A stretch of DNA of 33,937 bases from a virus (Duplodnaviria; Caudoviricetes), in the IMG/VR virus record IMGVR_UViG_3300032330_001413, positions 1 to 33,937 of that record, one strand, 5' to 3'. Position numbers and translations under genes: made by a program. Positions within the stretch are counted from its first letter, which is position 1. Every line of letters begins with the position of its first letter. Under the pieces are notes generated by a model, which was not told the DNA's origin, did not search any database, and saw only the letters and a list, made by a program, of their open reading frames with translations. Below, in pieces: positions 33,684 through 33,937 of this stretch.

Positions 33684-33935
33684 TTAGCTCTTCATAATAT
33701 ACGCAAGGGCATAGTATGGAGGTAAGTTTTGGTTTGTACCGCTTACACCAGCAGAAGTAATTGATGTTGTTGCAGTAATGTTTGCAAACCCTACAGTTGT
33801 AGCATAACCGGGGACATTTCCTTGTCCTGATGACATAGCGTTTCCAGCACCGCCACCGTTTGGTGCACCGTTACTTAGAGAAGAGTGGGTGTGTCCAGAG
33901 TCCGTTGCAATTGTGCTTGCTGTATGGGTATGAGA
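33684..33935 (-). CDS. C-terminus of a tail fibre / collar-domain protein (5'-truncated)
   Basis: SHTH...GHTH motifs and the terminal NLPPYYALAYIMKS typical of phage fibre tips. Confidence 0.8.
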   Translation of the reverse strand, partial: SHTHTASTIATDSGHTHSSLSNGAPNGGGAGNAMSSGQGNVPGYATTVGFANITATTSITSAGVSGTNQNLPPYYALAYIMKS

Positions 33936-33937
33936 GA

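Noticed and set aside
1-33937. tRNA genes, integrase/att sites, DGR, transposases, alternative genetic code
   Set aside because: No cloverleaf, recombinase, reverse transcriptase or transposase motifs were seen. The long ORFs are intact under the standard bacterial code.

Overview
This window is a ~34 kb internal segment of a tailed dsDNA bacteriophage genome, probably podovirus-like. An embedded Rz/Rz1 spanin pair points to a Gram-negative host. The + strand (1-18988) carries an early/host-interaction region: a MoxR-like AAA+ ATPase, a DUF2201-type metallopeptidase-VWA protein, a DUF3150-like protein, many small ORFs, a VRR-NUC nuclease and DUF6378. It continues into a replication region: family A DNA polymerase, GT-A glycosyltransferase, Cas4-like PD-(D/E)xK exonuclease, HNH, SNF2 helicase, SSB-like protein, HTH and an AEP primase-DUF927 helicase. 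The - strand (19056-33937) carries virion/late genes: an 1801-aa LPD38-type polyvalent protein, ejection proteins, a GNAT-like protein, a tail nozzle/stabilisation protein, a lysis cassette and the end of a tail fibre. The two arms converge on a UUCG terminator. The main signals not explained by the ORF track are: (1) a candidate ~57-nt sRNA at the convergence point whose 5' seed is complementary to an extended AGGAGAAG(AG) RBS shared by about ten + strand genes; (2) three copies of the palindrome AATACTGTC-W-GACAGTAT(T) in the early region, two of them inside genes; (3) a 58-aa gene nested in the +1 frame of the giant virion protein; (4) a secreted four-cysteine micropeptide; (5) two structured intergenic RNAs, one after the HNH gene and one before the primase. 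All family calls come from motifs recognised by eye; no searches were run.
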